31,992 bases of DNA from Pseudomonadota bacterium (GCA_026399375.1 JAPLRD010000317.1:1-31992), one strand, 5' to 3'. Positions 1 through 10,641 are shown, counted from the stretch's first letter. Numbers and translations: made by a program. Notes: generated by a model from the sequence alone, not told the origin.

Positions 1-111
1 CATCCAGGCTTTAACACCCAAACACCTCAGCAGACTAAATGCGCTCGCGCACATCCAACCCACTCAGATACCTTCACTCCACACCCAGCACCCACACCTA
101 TCGGCTGTAAA

Positions 112-124
112 TTTTTAAAGAGCA
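112..124 (-). promoter_or_regulatory. rrn-type boxA antitermination element, in the leader of an rRNA operon that runs off the left edge
   Basis: The minus strand reads TGCTCTTTAAAAA, 12/13 identical to the E. coli rrn boxA TGCTCTTTAACAA. It is followed by a GTGTGGGTGCT segment resembling the E. coli rrn leader. It lies about 40 nt downstream of a consensus promoter. Confidence 0.6.
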
Positions 125-162
125 AACTCGGAGGCCTGAAGGCCGTCGAGCAAAGAGGCGGG

Positions 163-190
163 ATTATACAGCGCCGACGAACTAGGTCAA
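163..190 (-). promoter_or_regulatory. strong sigma70 promoter with GC-rich discriminator, probably an rrn promoter
   Basis: The minus strand reads TTGACC, a 16-nt spacer, TATAAT, then CCCGCC. An AT-rich UP-like tract lies just upstream. Confidence 0.6.
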
Positions 191-340
191 GCACTTTGCC
201 TGAATATTTTCGAAATAGTTGCGCGCTCTGCTGTTTGCGCAACGCATAACCCATGACAAACTTCACTCTGTCACGGCTGAATTTTGTGAGGACGGGGCGA
301 TGTGTCCCCTCGTTTTGTTGCAGCCCCAAAAAGACTGCGT

Positions 341-1546
341 TCAGACGACGGTGATGCGCGCGAATTTTCGCTTTCCAACCTGCGCCACCGCGACACTGCC
401 TTTCGCGAGTTTCAGAGCGCGGTCGCTGACGCGCTCGCCGTCGAGTTTGACGCCGCCCTGCTCTATCATGCGTATCGCTTCCGAGGTGCTCGCCGTCAAC
501 TGCGCCTGCTTCAGCGCCTGCACCAGCGGCAGACCGCCGTCTTCGGCGACGACACTGACCTCGGGCATGTCCTCCGGCAAAGCGCCCTGGCGAAAGCGCG
601 CTTCAAAATCGGCCAGCGCGCGCTCCGACGCCGCCTTGTCGTGAAAGCGCGCCACGATTTCCTGCGCGAACGCGACTTTGATGTCGCGCGGATTGCGCCC
701 GCCGGCGACTTCCTGTTTCCATTTATTCATCGTCTCTATCGACTCGAACGACAGCAGCTCGATGTAGCGCCACATCAGTTCGTCCGAGACCGACATCAGC
801 TTGCCGAAAATGTCCTCCGGCTTCTCGTTGATGCCGACGTAATTGCCGAGCGACTTCGACATCTTGTTGACCCCGTCCAGGCCTTCCAGCAGCGGCATGG
901 TGAGAATGCACTGCGGCTCCTGGCCGTAGTGCTTTTGCAGCTCGCGCCCGACCAGCAGATTGAACTTCTGGTCCGTGCCGCCGAGTTCGATGTCCGCGCG
1001 CATCGCAACCGAATCGTAGCCCTGCATCAGCGGATAGAGAAATTCATGGATGGCGATCGGCTGGTTCGCCTTGTAGCGCTTGCCGAAATCATCGCGCTCC
1101 AACATGCGCGCCACGGTCGACGTCGCCGCCAGCTTGATCATGCCGGCCGCGCCCAGGGCGTCACCCCATTTCGAGTTGAAGCAAACTTCAGTCTTCTCTG
1201 CGTCGAGGATCTTGAATACCTGCGCCTTGTAGGTGACGGCGTTGGCCTCGATCTCTTCCCGCGTCAGGGGCGGACGGGTCACGTTCTTGCCCGTGGGATC
1301 GCCGATCAATCCGGTGAAATCGCCGATGAGGAACATGACGTGATGCCCCAGTTCCTGGAACTGGCGCATCTTGTTGATCAGCACTGTGTGACCGAGATGC
1401 AGGTCCGGCGCGGTCGGATCGAAGCCGGTTTTGACCCGAAGCGGGGTCCCTTTGCGCAGCTTCCCGGCCAATTCCTCTTCCACCAGCAGTTCGCCGCAAC
1501 CCCGCTTGATGACCTGCAGGGCGGCTTCAATTGCGTTGCTCTTCAT
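341..1546 (-). CDS. tyrS: tyrosyl-tRNA synthetase (class I)
   Basis: 401 aa. HIGH-type motif (DLHLGH), KMSKS motif and a C-terminal S4-like domain, with typical TyrS length. Confidence 0.93.
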   Translation of the reverse strand: MKSNAIEAALQVIKRGCGELLVEEELAGKLRKGTPLRVKTGFDPTAPDLHLGHTVLINKMRQFQELGHHVMFLIGDFTGLIGDPTGKNVTRPPLTREEIEANAVTYKAQVFKILDAEKTEVCFNSKWGDALGAAGMIKLAATSTVARMLERDDFGKRYKANQPIAIHEFLYPLMQGYDSVAMRADIELGGTDQKFNLLVGRELQKHYGQEPQCILTMPLLEGLDGVNKMSKSLGNYVGINEKPEDIFGKLMSVSDELMWRYIELLSFESIETMNKWKQEVAGGRNPRDIKVAFAQEIVARFHDKAASERALADFEARFRQGALPEDMPEVSVVAEDGGLPLVQALKQAQLTASTSEAIRMIEQGGVKLDGERVSDRALKLAKGSVAVAQVGKRKFARITVV

Positions 1547-1616
1547 TGCGCTCCGTATCTGGCACGCCGAAATGCGGCTGTGCTACACTTGCGGCGGACC
1601 AAAAAAGCCCAACCGG

Positions 1617-2933
1617 ATGAATAATCAAGAAAAACCGATTTTAGCGCAGTTCAGCGGCCGGAGAGAATCAAAACTCCGGTTGCGCTGGATCGTGACCCTG
1701 TGCAGCCTGCCTTTCTTCGGTATGGTTACCGCCTTCGGCACCGCTCCGGACACCGCATTTTCATTTGTCTCCACGCGCGCGGTAGTGGAAAGCCTCAACC
1801 TCGCCCAGCACCTGCAACCGGCAGACGCAGGCGAGGTATTCTGGCGCGAAGAGCGCTTCGGCCGCGGCGACACCGTGTCCGACCTGCTCGCCCGGCTGGG
1901 CGTGAACGACGAGGAAGCGCGCGCTTTCCTGCTGCGCGCCAAGTCCGGACGCTCGCTGCAGATGCTGCGCCCCGGCTCCACCGTGCAGGCGCGCACCGCC
2001 GACGACGGCACGCTGCTGGCGCTGCGCTATATCACCGACAAGGGCCGCCTGATCGGCTTCGACAAGCAAGGCGGGGAATTCAAGGCGGTCGAGCAGCAGC
2101 TTTCGCTGTTGCCGCAGCAGCAGATGAAGTCCGGCGAAATCCGCAGTTCGCTTTTCGCCGCCACCGATGCCGCCGGCCTCTCCGACAATGTCGCCACCCA
2201 GCTTGCCGACATTTTCGCCGGCGACATCGATTTTCACCGCGACCTGCGCCGCGGCGACAAATTCACCGTGATTTACGAGATGTCCTATCACGAGGGCCGC
2301 GCCATCAAGTCCGGGCGCCTGCTCGCGGCCGAATTCGTCAATCAGGGCAAGAGCTATCGCGCCGTCTGGTTCCAGGACGCCGAGGGCAAAGGCGGCTACT
2401 ACACCCCGGATGGCAAGAACCTGCGCAAAGCGTTCCTGCGCTCACCGCTGGAGTTCTCCAGAATCAGTTCCGGCTTTGCCATGCGCTTTCACCCGGTACT
2501 GCAGCAGTGGCGCGCGCACAAAGGCGTGGATTACGCCGCGCCGGCGGGCACCAACGTCAGGGCGACCTCCGACGGCGTGGTCGAGGCCATCGGCAGGCAG
2601 GGCGGCTACGGCAACCTGGTCACGATCAAGCACCAGGGCGGGTTCAGCACCTCCTACGGCCACCTGCGCAGTTTCGCGCGCGGCCTGCGCAAGGGCGCGC
2701 GGGTGCAGCAGGGCGAAGTGGTCGGCCACGTCGGTCAGACCGGCCTGGCGACAGGACCGCATCTGCATTACGAATTCCGCGTCAACGATCAGGTGCGCAA
2801 TCCGCTCACCGTGGCGCTGCCCGCGGCCCTGCCCGTCCCGGCGCAGCAACTCGCGGCTTTCAACAGCGTATCGGCCCCCCTTGCGGCAGGGCTGAGCCTG
2901 CTCAGGAACACCAATCTCGCCTTGCTAGAGTAG
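1617..2933 (+). CDS. M23 family metallopeptidase (murein endopeptidase-like)
   Basis: C-terminal HKGVDYAAP...GHVGQTGLATGPHLHYEF motifs typical of LytM/M23. The start was moved to ATG 1617 (MNNQEK) because the longer ORF overlaps the tyrS 5-prime end. An N-terminal TM segment is present. Confidence 0.85.
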   Translation: MNNQEKPILAQFSGRRESKLRLRWIVTLCSLPFFGMVTAFGTAPDTAFSFVSTRAVVESLNLAQHLQPADAGEVFWREERFGRGDTVSDLLARLGVNDEEARAFLLRAKSGRSLQMLRPGSTVQARTADDGTLLALRYITDKGRLIGFDKQGGEFKAVEQQLSLLPQQQMKSGEIRSSLFAATDAAGLSDNVATQLADIFAGDIDFHRDLRRGDKFTVIYEMSYHEGRAIKSGRLLAAEFVNQGKSYRAVWFQDAEGKGGYYTPDGKNLRKAFLRSPLEFSRISSGFAMRFHPVLQQWRAHKGVDYAAPAGTNVRATSDGVVEAIGRQGGYGNLVTIKHQGGFSTSYGHLRSFARGLRKGARVQQGEVVGHVGQTGLATGPHLHYEFRVNDQVRNPLTVALPAALPVPAQQLAAFNSVSAPLAAGLSLLRNTNLALLE

Positions 2934-2990
2934 GCAGACGCGATTCGCACCAGTTCGCGGCCGGGGCCTTAACCTGGACCCGAGAGCCGC

Positions 2991-3020
2991 AAAAAAACGG
3001 GAGCCGAAGCTCCCGTTTTG
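2991..3020. terminator. bidirectional rho-independent terminator between convergent genes
   Basis: AAAAAAA-CGGGAGC-CGAA-GCTCCCG-TTTTG: a 7-bp GC stem flanked by an A-run and a T-run. Confidence 0.75.
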
Positions 3021-3037
3021 CATTGCAGAAGCGCGCG

Positions 3038-3388
3038 TCAGCCGGAGAACGACGAGCCGCAGCCGCAGGTGCTGGTCGCGTTCGGATTCTTGATCACGAA
3101 CTGCGAGCCCTCGAGGCCTTCCTGGTAATCGATTTCCGCACCCACCAGATACTGGTAGCTCATCGCGTCGATCAGCAGGGTGACGCCGTTCTTCTCCATC
3201 GCGGTGTCGTCCTCGTTCTTGACTTCGTCGAAGGTGAAGCCGTACTGGAAGCCGGAACAGCCGCCACCGCTGACGAACACGCGCAGCTTGAGCTCGTTGT
3301 TGCCTTCTTCCTCGATCAACTCCCTCACCTTGTTCGCCGCATTGTCGGTGAAGAGCAACGGGGCGGGCATCTCAGCAACTGCGTTCAT
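3038..3388 (-). CDS. erpA: iron-sulfur cluster insertion protein ErpA (A-type carrier)
   Basis: 116 aa with [11 protein letters not shown] and a C-terminal CGCGSSF cysteine motif. Confidence 0.9.
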   Translation of the reverse strand: MNAVAEMPAPLLFTDNAANKVRELIEEEGNNELKLRVFVSGGGCSGFQYGFTFDEVKNEDDTAMEKNGVTLLIDAMSYQYLVGAEIDYQEGLEGSQFVIKNPNATSTCGCGSSFSG

Positions 3389-3514
3389 GTCCTTACTCCT
3401 AAGAATGATCTAAGAGCCAATTTACAATATGAGGGGATATCTCCCCTCATGCTCCCCTACAATTGAGGTTATTTCGGCAATTCTGAAATAGCCTCAATTT
3501 ACGAACGCCCGCTC

Positions 3515-3925
3515 TCAATTGCGCGAGGCGATTTTCAACTCGACCGTCTTGCCGCTTTCGGCGGCGCTGGAAATGTGCACCAAGCGGCCTTCCACCACGG
3601 CGCCCAAGTGCATCTCCAGCGTATTGTAATGCACATCCCCTTTGACGCGCGAATGCGACTGAAGTTCTAAAAATTCAGCGGCGTGCACAGGACCGTTGAC
3701 GGCCCCGTTCACCACCAGGTGGGAAACGTGGATTTCGCCGTCTATGCGCGCCTGCTCGCTCAGCACCAGAGTGCTCGGCTGGCCGCCCGCAGCCACCACG
3801 TTGCCCTTGATCTCGCCGTCGACCCGCAGCCCGCCCGCAAAGGTGACATTGCCTTCGATCTTGGTACCGACGCCGATCAGGCTGTCTATGCGGTTCTGCG
3901 GCTTGTTCGCTTTCTTGCGAAACAT
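3515..3925 (-). CDS. bactofilin family polymer-forming cytoskeletal protein
   Basis: 136 aa. Repetitive beta-helix pattern (IEGNVTFAGGLRVDGEIKGNV...IDGEIHVSHLVVNGAVNG) typical of CcmA/bactofilin. Confidence 0.8.
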   Translation of the reverse strand: MFRKKANKPQNRIDSLIGVGTKIEGNVTFAGGLRVDGEIKGNVVAAGGQPSTLVLSEQARIDGEIHVSHLVVNGAVNGPVHAAEFLELQSHSRVKGDVHYNTLEMHLGAVVEGRLVHISSAAESGKTVELKIASRN

Positions 3926-3941
3926 GATTGCACCCCCGAAA

Positions 3942-4688
3942 CTATGAAAGATTGAAACTTTGCGTTGCCCGCACCTGGGCGGACCCGTTTTCGAATACCC
4001 GCACTTCCACCTTCTTGACGCGGGCGTTGGGCGCTACCCGGAAAGTGCCCTCCACTCTCTGGAAGTACTTGAAACTGATCTTATAAGACTGTGCCGCCCC
4101 TTCCTCAGGGAGGGCGATAATAGCATCTTTGCCATCCTGCTGCAGCGTCACCAGGAGCTGCAGATTGCCCTGAAACGGTTTCTCGCGGCGCCCTCCCTGC
4201 AACAGCAGCAGGCGGTAACGGAATTCACCCGGCAGCGCCCCCGCTTCGGCCCGGAAGCGGTTGATCAGCAGCGAGTTGTCCCGGTTCTCGCCCGGGATCA
4301 GGTTCTCGAAAAAAGCCAGATCCTCCTTCAAGCGGGCGTTTTCATCCTCCAGGGTCTTCACCTGGCGCCCCAGCTGGGTCTGCGCCGAGCGCTCGATCTG
4401 CATGGTGCTTTCGCTGGCGTTGACCTTGGCCCGCAGCGCGGCGGTCTCCTCGGCCATCTTGCCGGCGCTTTCGCGCAGCTGTGACAACTCCTGCTCCGCC
4501 TCGCTGCGGTCGAAGCCGGCAAAGCGCCGGCCCGCATCGTAGATCCAGGCCGCCAGCGCGAAAGAGCAGGACAGCACCGCGATCAGGCCCAGCATGCGCC
4601 AGTACCAGGCGACATGCGTCTTCACCGTCATGCGCGGCGCGGAGATGCCGAAGCGCTGGCGAAATTTTTTCAGCAGGTTCGGCGGCAT
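3942..4688 (-). CDS. membrane-anchored coiled-coil protein (DUF6776-like by recollection)
   Basis: 248 aa with an N-terminal TM helix and then a coiled-coil (ELSQLRE...LEDENARLKEDL). The start lies 8 nt after the argC stop. The family name is from memory only. Confidence 0.55.
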   Translation of the reverse strand: MPPNLLKKFRQRFGISAPRMTVKTHVAWYWRMLGLIAVLSCSFALAAWIYDAGRRFAGFDRSEAEQELSQLRESAGKMAEETAALRAKVNASESTMQIERSAQTQLGRQVKTLEDENARLKEDLAFFENLIPGENRDNSLLINRFRAEAGALPGEFRYRLLLLQGGRREKPFQGNLQLLVTLQQDGKDAIIALPEEGAAQSYKISFKYFQRVEGTFRVAPNARVKKVEVRVFENGSAQVRATQSFNLS

Positions 4689-4695
4689 CGCGGCG

Positions 4696-5724
4696 TTACG
4701 GCAAGACCGGCACGTGAGTAAGGCCCAGGGATTCCTCCAGTCCGAACATCAGGTTCATGTTCTGTACCGCCTGGCCCGAGGCGCCCTTGACCAGGTTGTC
4801 GATGACCGAGAGCACCACCAGTGTGTCCCCGCCCTGGGGGCGGTGGATGGCGATGCGGCAGGTATTGGCCGCGCGCACCGAACGCGTGTCCGGATGGCTG
4901 CCCGGCGGCAGCACATCGACGAAGGGCTCGCCGGCGTAACGCTCCTCGTACAGCTTCTGGTAATCGAGTTCGCGCGTAATGCGCGCGTACAGGGTCGCAT
5001 GGATGCCCCGTATCATCGGCGTCAGATGCGGCACGAAGGTCAGGCCGATTTCGCTGCCGACGATGCGCGCCAGGCACTCCACGATCTCCACGCCGTGCCG
5101 GTGCCCCGGTACGCCGTAGGCCTTGAAGTTGTCGGACGCCTCCGAGAACAGGGTATGTATCTCCGCCTTGCGGCCCGCGCCGCTCACGCCGGACTTCGCG
5201 TCGGCGATCAGGTGTCCGGCGTCGACCGCGCGCGCTTCGAGCAGGGGCAGCAAGCCGAGCTGGACCGCCGTCGGATAGCAGCCCGGGTTGGCGACGATGC
5301 GCGCCTTGCGCACCGCGTTCCGGTTCACCTCGGGCAGGCCGTAGACCGCCTCCGGTATCAGTTCGGGACAGGCGTGCTTGACCTTGTACCACTTCTCCCA
5401 TTCCGCCACGTTCTGGATGCGGAAATCGGCGGAAATGTCGACGATGCGCACCCCCGCGTCGACCAGGCGCCGCGCGTCGTTCATGGCCACCGCATGCGGC
5501 GTGGCGAAAAACACCACATCGCACTGGTCCAGCGCGGAACTGGCGGGATCGGAAAACGCGAGATCGACATGGCCGCGCAGGCTGGGGAAGAGTTCGCTGA
5601 CCGGCATGCCCGCTTCCTTGCGCGAGGTGATGGCGCGCAATTCGGCCTGCGGATGCTGCGCCAGAATGCGCAACAGTTCGACGCCCGTGTACCCGGTGCC
5701 CCCGACCACGCCTATCTTTACCAT
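4696..5724 (-). CDS. argC: N-acetyl-gamma-glutamyl-phosphate reductase
   Basis: [21 protein letters not shown] Rossmann N-terminus and a GCYPT active-site Cys motif. The start at 5724 is preceded by GGAGAGGGAA. Confidence 0.92.
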   Translation of the reverse strand: MVKIGVVGGTGYTGVELLRILAQHPQAELRAITSRKEAGMPVSELFPSLRGHVDLAFSDPASSALDQCDVVFFATPHAVAMNDARRLVDAGVRIVDISADFRIQNVAEWEKWYKVKHACPELIPEAVYGLPEVNRNAVRKARIVANPGCYPTAVQLGLLPLLEARAVDAGHLIADAKSGVSGAGRKAEIHTLFSEASDNFKAYGVPGHRHGVEIVECLARIVGSEIGLTFVPHLTPMIRGIHATLYARITRELDYQKLYEERYAGEPFVDVLPPGSHPDTRSVRAANTCRIAIHRPQGGDTLVVLSVIDNLVKGASGQAVQNMNLMFGLEESLGLTHVPVLP

Positions 5725-5779
5725 TTCCCTCTCCGTCTCCATGAGTGATTGCAAGTCTACCAGCCCGCGCGCGGCCCTG

Positions 5780-5810
5780 AAAAAACAAAAGCCGCCTCGA
5801 AAGGCGGCTT
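5780..5810 (-). terminator. rho-independent terminator after rpsI
   Basis: The minus strand reads AAGCCGCC-TTTCGA-GGCGGCTT followed by TTGTTTTTTC. Confidence 0.8.
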
Positions 5811-5832
5811 TGTCGTGTTTCCGAGGTCGTTA

Positions 5833-6228
5833 TTACCGCTTGGAGAACTGCTTTGCACGCCGCGCTTTGTGCAGACCCACTTTCTTGCGCTCCACCTCGC
5901 GCGCGTCGCGCGTCACCAGGCCCGCCTTGGACAGCGTGGGCTTGAGCGCGGGATCGTACTCGATCAGGGCGCGGGTGAGACCGTGGCGCACGGCTCCGGC
6001 CTGGCCGGACTCGCCGCCGCCGTCGACGTTCACCTTGATGTCGAAGGTATTCAGATGCTCGGTCAGCACCAGCGGCTGGCGCACCACCATGCGGCCGGTT
6101 TCGCGGGCGAAATAATCGTCCAGCGTCTTGTCGTTGACGGTGAACTTGCCCTTGCCGGGCTTGATGAACACGCGCGCGACCGAAGTCTTGCGGCGGCCCG
6201 TGCCATAGTTGTAGTTGGTCTCAGCCAT
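5833..6228 (-). CDS. rpsI: 30S ribosomal protein S9
   Basis: 131 aa with the canonical S9 sequence, ending [11 protein letters not shown]. Confidence 0.97.
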   Translation of the reverse strand: MAETNYNYGTGRRKTSVARVFIKPGKGKFTVNDKTLDDYFARETGRMVVRQPLVLTEHLNTFDIKVNVDGGGESGQAGAVRHGLTRALIEYDPALKPTLSKAGLVTRDAREVERKKVGLHKARRAKQFSKR

Positions 6229-6231
6229 GAT

Positions 6232-6660
6232 TTAGAACTCCAGCGCTTTGGGTTGCTGCGCGACGTGCGGATGCTCGCCATCGGCATATACTTTCAGTTT
6301 CTTGAACATCGCGTAGCCCAGCGGTCCCTTGGGCAGCATGCCCTTGACCGCCTTTTCCAGCGCACGGCCGGGGAAGCGCGCCTGCATCTTGCCGAAACTG
6401 GTTTCCGAAATGCCGCCCGGGTAACCGCTGTGGCGGTAATAGGTCTTGTCCGCGGCCTTGTCGCCGGTGACCCGCAGCTTCGCCGCGTTGACGACCACGA
6501 TGAAATCGCCGGTGTCGACGTGCGGCGTATAGATGGCCTTGTGCTTGCCGCGCAGGCGCCGGGCGACTTCGACCGCGACGCGGCCCAGAACTTTTTCGGA
6601 GGCGTCGATCAGGAACCAGTCGCGCTTCACTTCATGCGGCTTGGCGGAGAAAGTTTTCAT
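6232..6660 (-). CDS. rplM: 50S ribosomal protein L13
   Basis: 142 aa, [20 protein letters not shown]..., canonical L13. Its stop is 3 nt upstream of the rpsI start. Confidence 0.97.
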   Translation of the reverse strand: MKTFSAKPHEVKRDWFLIDASEKVLGRVAVEVARRLRGKHKAIYTPHVDTGDFIVVVNAAKLRVTGDKAADKTYYRHSGYPGGISETSFGKMQARFPGRALEKAVKGMLPKGPLGYAMFKKLKVYADGEHPHVAQQPKALEF

Positions 6661-6689
6661 GGGGTGACAGCTTTGCGGAAAAGGGCGTG

Positions 6690-6718
6690 ATTGTATGTGA
6701 AAGGTGCGGCTGTGTCAA
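6690..6718 (-). promoter_or_regulatory. sigma70 promoter of rplM-rpsI
   Basis: The minus strand reads TTGACA, a 17-nt spacer and TACAAT, about 30 nt upstream of the rplM ATG. Confidence 0.7.
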
Positions 6719-6819
6719 ACTGGGCGATGCCCTATTTCAAGGCGGCGAGCCTCATTTTCAGCGCCGAAACAGCTGGGCTACAATAGCGCCCCGACTCGCA
6801 GATTCTCGAGAATTCAGCC

Positions 6820-7236
6820 ATGGAATGCACGGTAAAGTGGATCGACGGCGTCAGCTTCGTTGCCGAGACCGGCAGCGGGCACGCGCTGGTGATGGACGGC
6901 GCGGCCGAAGGCGGCGGGCGCAACCTCGGCCCGCGGCCGATGGAAATGGTGCTGCTCGGCACCGGCGGCTGCAGCGCCTACGACGTGGTGGTGATCCTGA
7001 AAAAGAGCGGGCAGGAAATCGGCGGCTGCAGTGTCAAATTGAAGGCCGAGCGCGCCGAAACCGACCCGAAAATCTTCACCAGCATCCATATGCGCTACGT
7101 GCTGCGCGGAAAGAATCTGAAGAAATCGATGGTCGAATCCGCGATCAAACTGTCGCACCAGAAATATTGCTCGGCCTCCATCATGCTCGGCAAGACGGCC
7201 GAGATCACGCACGATTACGAGATTGTGGCGGAGTGA
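6820..7236 (+). CDS. OsmC family peroxiredoxin-like protein
   Basis: 138 aa. The GGCSAYD and QKYCSAS cysteine motifs are spaced as in OsmC/Ohr-fold proteins. Confidence 0.8.
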   Translation: MECTVKWIDGVSFVAETGSGHALVMDGAAEGGGRNLGPRPMEMVLLGTGGCSAYDVVVILKKSGQEIGGCSVKLKAERAETDPKIFTSIHMRYVLRGKNLKKSMVESAIKLSHQKYCSASIMLGKTAEITHDYEIVAE

Positions 7237-7272
7237 TTGCGGGCTGGTCGGCGCAAGCCCTTTGTCATTCCG

Positions 7273-7353
7273 AGCGCAGCGGGGAATCTGCTTTTCAAGA
7301 CAATGGAAAAGCAAATTTCCCGGCCTACGGCCTCGGAATGACAAGGCCGGGGG
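7273..7353. repeat. nested-palindrome repeat element, copy A (degenerate inner stem)
   Basis: TGTCATTCCGAGCGCAGCGGGGAATCTGC...CCTCGGAATGACA. The 12-bp outer arms are perfect. It sits between the convergent osmC-family gene and coq7. Confidence 0.85.
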
Positions 7354-7359
7354 TCTTTC

Positions 7360-7989
7360 TCAAACCCAGTAGGACGCACCCGTCATGAGCTTCGCCGAAA
7401 CGCGCATCGCGCGCTTCACCGGTTCGGGCAATTCGGCCCCACCCAGATTGTAGGCGGTGTGGGCGTGGACGCTTTCGTCGCGCTTCATTTGTTCGACGAT
7501 GGCGCGGGTCTTGGCGTCCTGCGGCGCCAGGCGCTCCAGATGCCCTTCCAGATGCGCCTCCACCTGGCGTTCGGTTTCCGCGAGAAACCCCAGGTTCCAG
7601 CGCGTGCCGAATTTGCCCGCCGCATAGCCCAGCGCCAGCGATCCGGCGTACCAGAGCGGGTTGAGCAGGCTCAGGCGCCCGCCCAGTTCGCGCACACGCT
7701 GCTCGGTCCAGGCGAGGTGCTCCGTCTCCTCGCGCGCCGCCTGCGCCAGCGCCTGCGTCACCGCCGGCTCATCGCAGGCGAGCGCCTGCCCCTGGTACAG
7801 GGCCTGGGCGCAGACCTCGCCGCAGTGATTCACGCGCATCAGCGATGCCGTGTGGCGCTTCTCGGCGTCGGTGAGTTCCGCCTCGGGCAGCGCGCCGCCC
7901 GGGAACGGGCGCGCCGATTTCGGCGTGGCCGCGAGCGTGCTCAGGGCCTTGTCGAATTCGATGATGATTTTGTCGATGGTGTTGAACAT
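7360..7989 (-). CDS. coq7: demethoxyubiquinone hydroxylase (Coq7 di-iron family)
   Basis: 209 aa. [18 protein letters not shown] and the EExH di-iron motifs (EETEHL, DESVHA) are typical of bacterial Coq7. Confidence 0.88.
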   Translation of the reverse strand: MFNTIDKIIIEFDKALSTLAATPKSARPFPGGALPEAELTDAEKRHTASLMRVNHCGEVCAQALYQGQALACDEPAVTQALAQAAREETEHLAWTEQRVRELGGRLSLLNPLWYAGSLALGYAAGKFGTRWNLGFLAETERQVEAHLEGHLERLAPQDAKTRAIVEQMKRDESVHAHTAYNLGGAELPEPVKRAMRVSAKLMTGASYWV

Positions 7990-8107
7990 GTGTTGCCTAC
8001 GGAAAGCAAAGGCGGGATCAGGCGGTGATTGTAACGGATTGGCGATCCGGAATCGCGACGGTCAGGCCAATGCAGGCAATAGCGGAAGCCCGCGCGTCGA
8101 ACGCACG

Positions 8108-8137
8108 AAAAAAAACGCCCGGTGTTGCCACCGGGCG
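8108..8137 (-). terminator. rho-independent terminator after the porin gene
   Basis: The minus strand reads CGCCCGGTG-GCAA-CACCGGGCG followed by TTTTTTTT. Confidence 0.85.
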
Positions 8138-8183
8138 TTTCTAATTTCCGACTTGCTTTTAATCTGCGCCTGAAGCGCGCCGA

Positions 8184-9608
8184 TTAGAAGTTGTGGCGGA
8201 TGGTCGCGCCAACCAGGTTCACCTTCTCGCCAGCCAGCGTACTGGTATTGGCGCTGCCGAACGCGGTCGGCGAGTTGTAGAAGAAGTTGTAATTGGCGTT
8301 CGCGCTGTTCGAGATTTGCGACCAGGTCAGGCCGACACCGGTGCGCTTCGACAGGTTGTACTGATAGCTCAGCGTGAACATCTTCGCGCCGGTATCCGCG
8401 CCGGACATCGGGGTGATGGTGGCGGTGGCGATGGTGGTGCCCGCGCCTACGCTGACATCTTTCGAGTCGTTAGCTTTCACGTACACGAAACCGAAGTGGT
8501 GCGGGCCGCTCGTGTAGCTGACCGGCAAAGACCAGGCAGAACGGTCGCCCGAAACCAGGCCGGACAGCGGGCTGGTGGTCTTCGAACGGTTCCATGCCAC
8601 GCCGAAGGTCCAGCTGTTCCAGCTCACGCCGCCCGCCAGCACGTCGCTGCGCTGATCGTCGACAAGCAGAGCCTGACCCGCCGTAACCGCACTTGCGGCG
8701 CAACCGGTGGCGCCGATGGTGTTGCCTTGCACCGCTTGGTTGTTGCAAGTGACGGACGAGTTGTTCACGCCGGCGCTGTTGATGTCAGACTTCGCGTTCC
8801 AGTAGCTATACTCGACGTTCCAGTTGGACGCGGTGTAGCGCGGGTTGATGTTCCAGCCCTGGCCCCTGCGGGTAATGATTTGGCCGGCATTGCTGCCCGT
8901 GCCCCATGCGCCTGCGCCGAGGTCGCCGCCGGTGCTGGCCTGGCCGCTACCGCCGGTCAGAGGATTGGCCGACCAGGCGATCGTGCCGTCGAAACCGTTC
9001 CAGTTCGGCGCTTCCCAACGGATGACGCCGTTGGTGCGGCTCTGGTTGGCCAACGTGACGTTGGACGTGCTCTTGGCGTTGGTTGCGGTGGCGGCTACAG
9101 TAGGCCGGGCGATCTGGTCGAACAGTGCCGAGCCCCAGGACTGCAGGGACAGGGCGCCGGCCGCGTTCCAGCTGTCGCCGCTCTTGCCGTAGTGCAGGTC
9201 ATGACGACCGAAGGTCATTTTGCCCCAGGTTGTGCTCTGCAGGCCCACCCAGGTGTTGCCGCTGCCCGTAATGACGGCGAAAGATGCACCGGTCGGCTGC
9301 GCTTGCGTGGCGGGGTTGAAACGCTGGTCGAGTTGCGCAACTGCGGCAAGACCGTTGCCCAGATCTTCACGCACGTTGAAGATGATGCGCGAAGAGTTGT
9401 CGCTGACGCGGGTTTCGCTAGAGTTGCCTGCGCGCTGAACCGGACCGGCGGCGCCTGCGGCGACGGTGCTCTGGCTGGCGCGGCTGTAGCTCACTTGGTC
9501 GGCGGTGACCGAAAACTTGCCGCTGATGGTCACGGACGATTGCGCGAACGCGACTGCAGGGGCGGCCAGGGCGGCTGCTACTGCGACTACCAAAAGTTTC
9601 TTGTTCAT
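8184..9608 (-). CDS. outer membrane porin (Gram-negative trimeric porin family)
   Basis: Signal peptide MNKKLLVVAVAAALAAPAVAFA, alternating beta-strand pattern and a C-terminal RHNF. The start at 9608 is preceded by AAGGAGA. Confidence 0.85.
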   Translation of the reverse strand: MNKKLLVVAVAAALAAPAVAFAQSSVTISGKFSVTADQVSYSRASQSTVAAGAAGPVQRAGNSSETRVSDNSSRIIFNVREDLGNGLAAVAQLDQRFNPATQAQPTGASFAVITGSGNTWVGLQSTTWGKMTFGRHDLHYGKSGDSWNAAGALSLQSWGSALFDQIARPTVAATATNAKSTSNVTLANQSRTNGVIRWEAPNWNGFDGTIAWSANPLTGGSGQASTGGDLGAGAWGTGSNAGQIITRRGQGWNINPRYTASNWNVEYSYWNAKSDINSAGVNNSSVTCNNQAVQGNTIGATGCAASAVTAGQALLVDDQRSDVLAGGVSWNSWTFGVAWNRSKTTSPLSGLVSGDRSAWSLPVSYTSGPHHFGFVYVKANDSKDVSVGAGTTIATATITPMSGADTGAKMFTLSYQYNLSKRTGVGLTWSQISNSANANYNFFYNSPTAFGSANTSTLAGEKVNLVGATIRHNF

Positions 9609-9826
9609 TAATTCATTCTCCTTGGATAAATAAACTTGGCTCAAAGAACATCAGATCTGTAGTGCCCCTCGTGCCAACCTTTACTTCACTGTTGTCAGGA
9701 AGTTGTTGCGATTCTGCCAAAGCGCTGGTGGCATAACAAGAAAAAACTGGCTTTGAGGGGAATAAAACACGGATTTTGTTGCTTTTCCGCAACAAGGTGC
9801 CGAAGACATATTTTAGTTGTTATAAA

Positions 9827-10621
9827 TCAACTAGATTGAAACATGCGTTCAAGTTCCACTCCAGGTTCTGTCGCGCGCATGAATGCCTCCCCGACCAGGA
9901 ACGCGTGGACCCCGTTGCCGCGCATCAAATCCACGTCCGCAGGCACGCGAATTCCGCTCTCGGTCACGACGATGCGCCCCGGCGGAATGTGCGGCAACAA
10001 CTCCAGCGTAGTCGAGAGGCGTGTCTCGAAACTGCGCAGATTGCGATTATTCACGCCGATGAGCGGCGTGCGCAGTGAGAGGGCAAGGTCCAGTTCCGCG
10101 GCGTCGTGTACTTCGACCAGCACCGCCATGCCCAGGTCCTGCGCCACTGCTTCCAGCTCCTGCATGCGCTCCAGAGCCAGCGCCGCGACGATAAGCAGGA
10201 TGCAGTCGGCGCCGAGCGCGCGCGCCTCGACCACCTGATACGCGTCGAGCATGAAATCCTTGCGCAGCACCGGCAGGGCGCAGGCGTTTCTCGTCGCGGC
10301 CAGATACTCCGGCGCGCCCTGAAAGAAATCGCGGTCGGTCAGCACCGACAGGCAGGCCGCTCCGTGTGCGGCATAGCTCGCCGCGATGGCGGCCGGATCG
10401 AAATGTTCGCGCAGCAGTCCCTTGCTCGGGCTCGCTTTCTTGATTTCCGCGATCACCGCCGCTTGCCCTGCGGCAATCTTCGCGCGCAAGGCGCCGGTGA
10501 AATCGCGCGGCGGCGGCGCCGCGCGCGCCGCTTCGCGCAGGCGTGCCAGCGGCCGCTCGCGTTTCGCTTCGGCGATTTCTTCCGCCTTGCGCGCGAGGAT
10601 CTTGTCGAGAATATCGGACAC
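9827..10621 (-). CDS. trpC: indole-3-glycerol phosphate synthase
   Basis: [15 protein letters not shown]...[12 protein letters not shown]...VEVH...GVNNRNL motifs. GTG start at 10621, 20 nt after the trpD stop. The 475-aa track ORF is an over-extension into trpD. Confidence 0.9.
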   Translation of the reverse strand: MSDILDKILARKAEEIAEAKRERPLARLREAARAAPPPRDFTGALRAKIAAGQAAVIAEIKKASPSKGLLREHFDPAAIAASYAAHGAACLSVLTDRDFFQGAPEYLAATRNACALPVLRKDFMLDAYQVVEARALGADCILLIVAALALERMQELEAVAQDLGMAVLVEVHDAAELDLALSLRTPLIGVNNRNLRSFETRLSTTLELLPHIPPGRIVVTESGIRVPADVDLMRGNGVHAFLVGEAFMRATEPGVELERMFQSS

Positions 10622-10641
10622 GGTTCGTCGGATCCCGTGCG

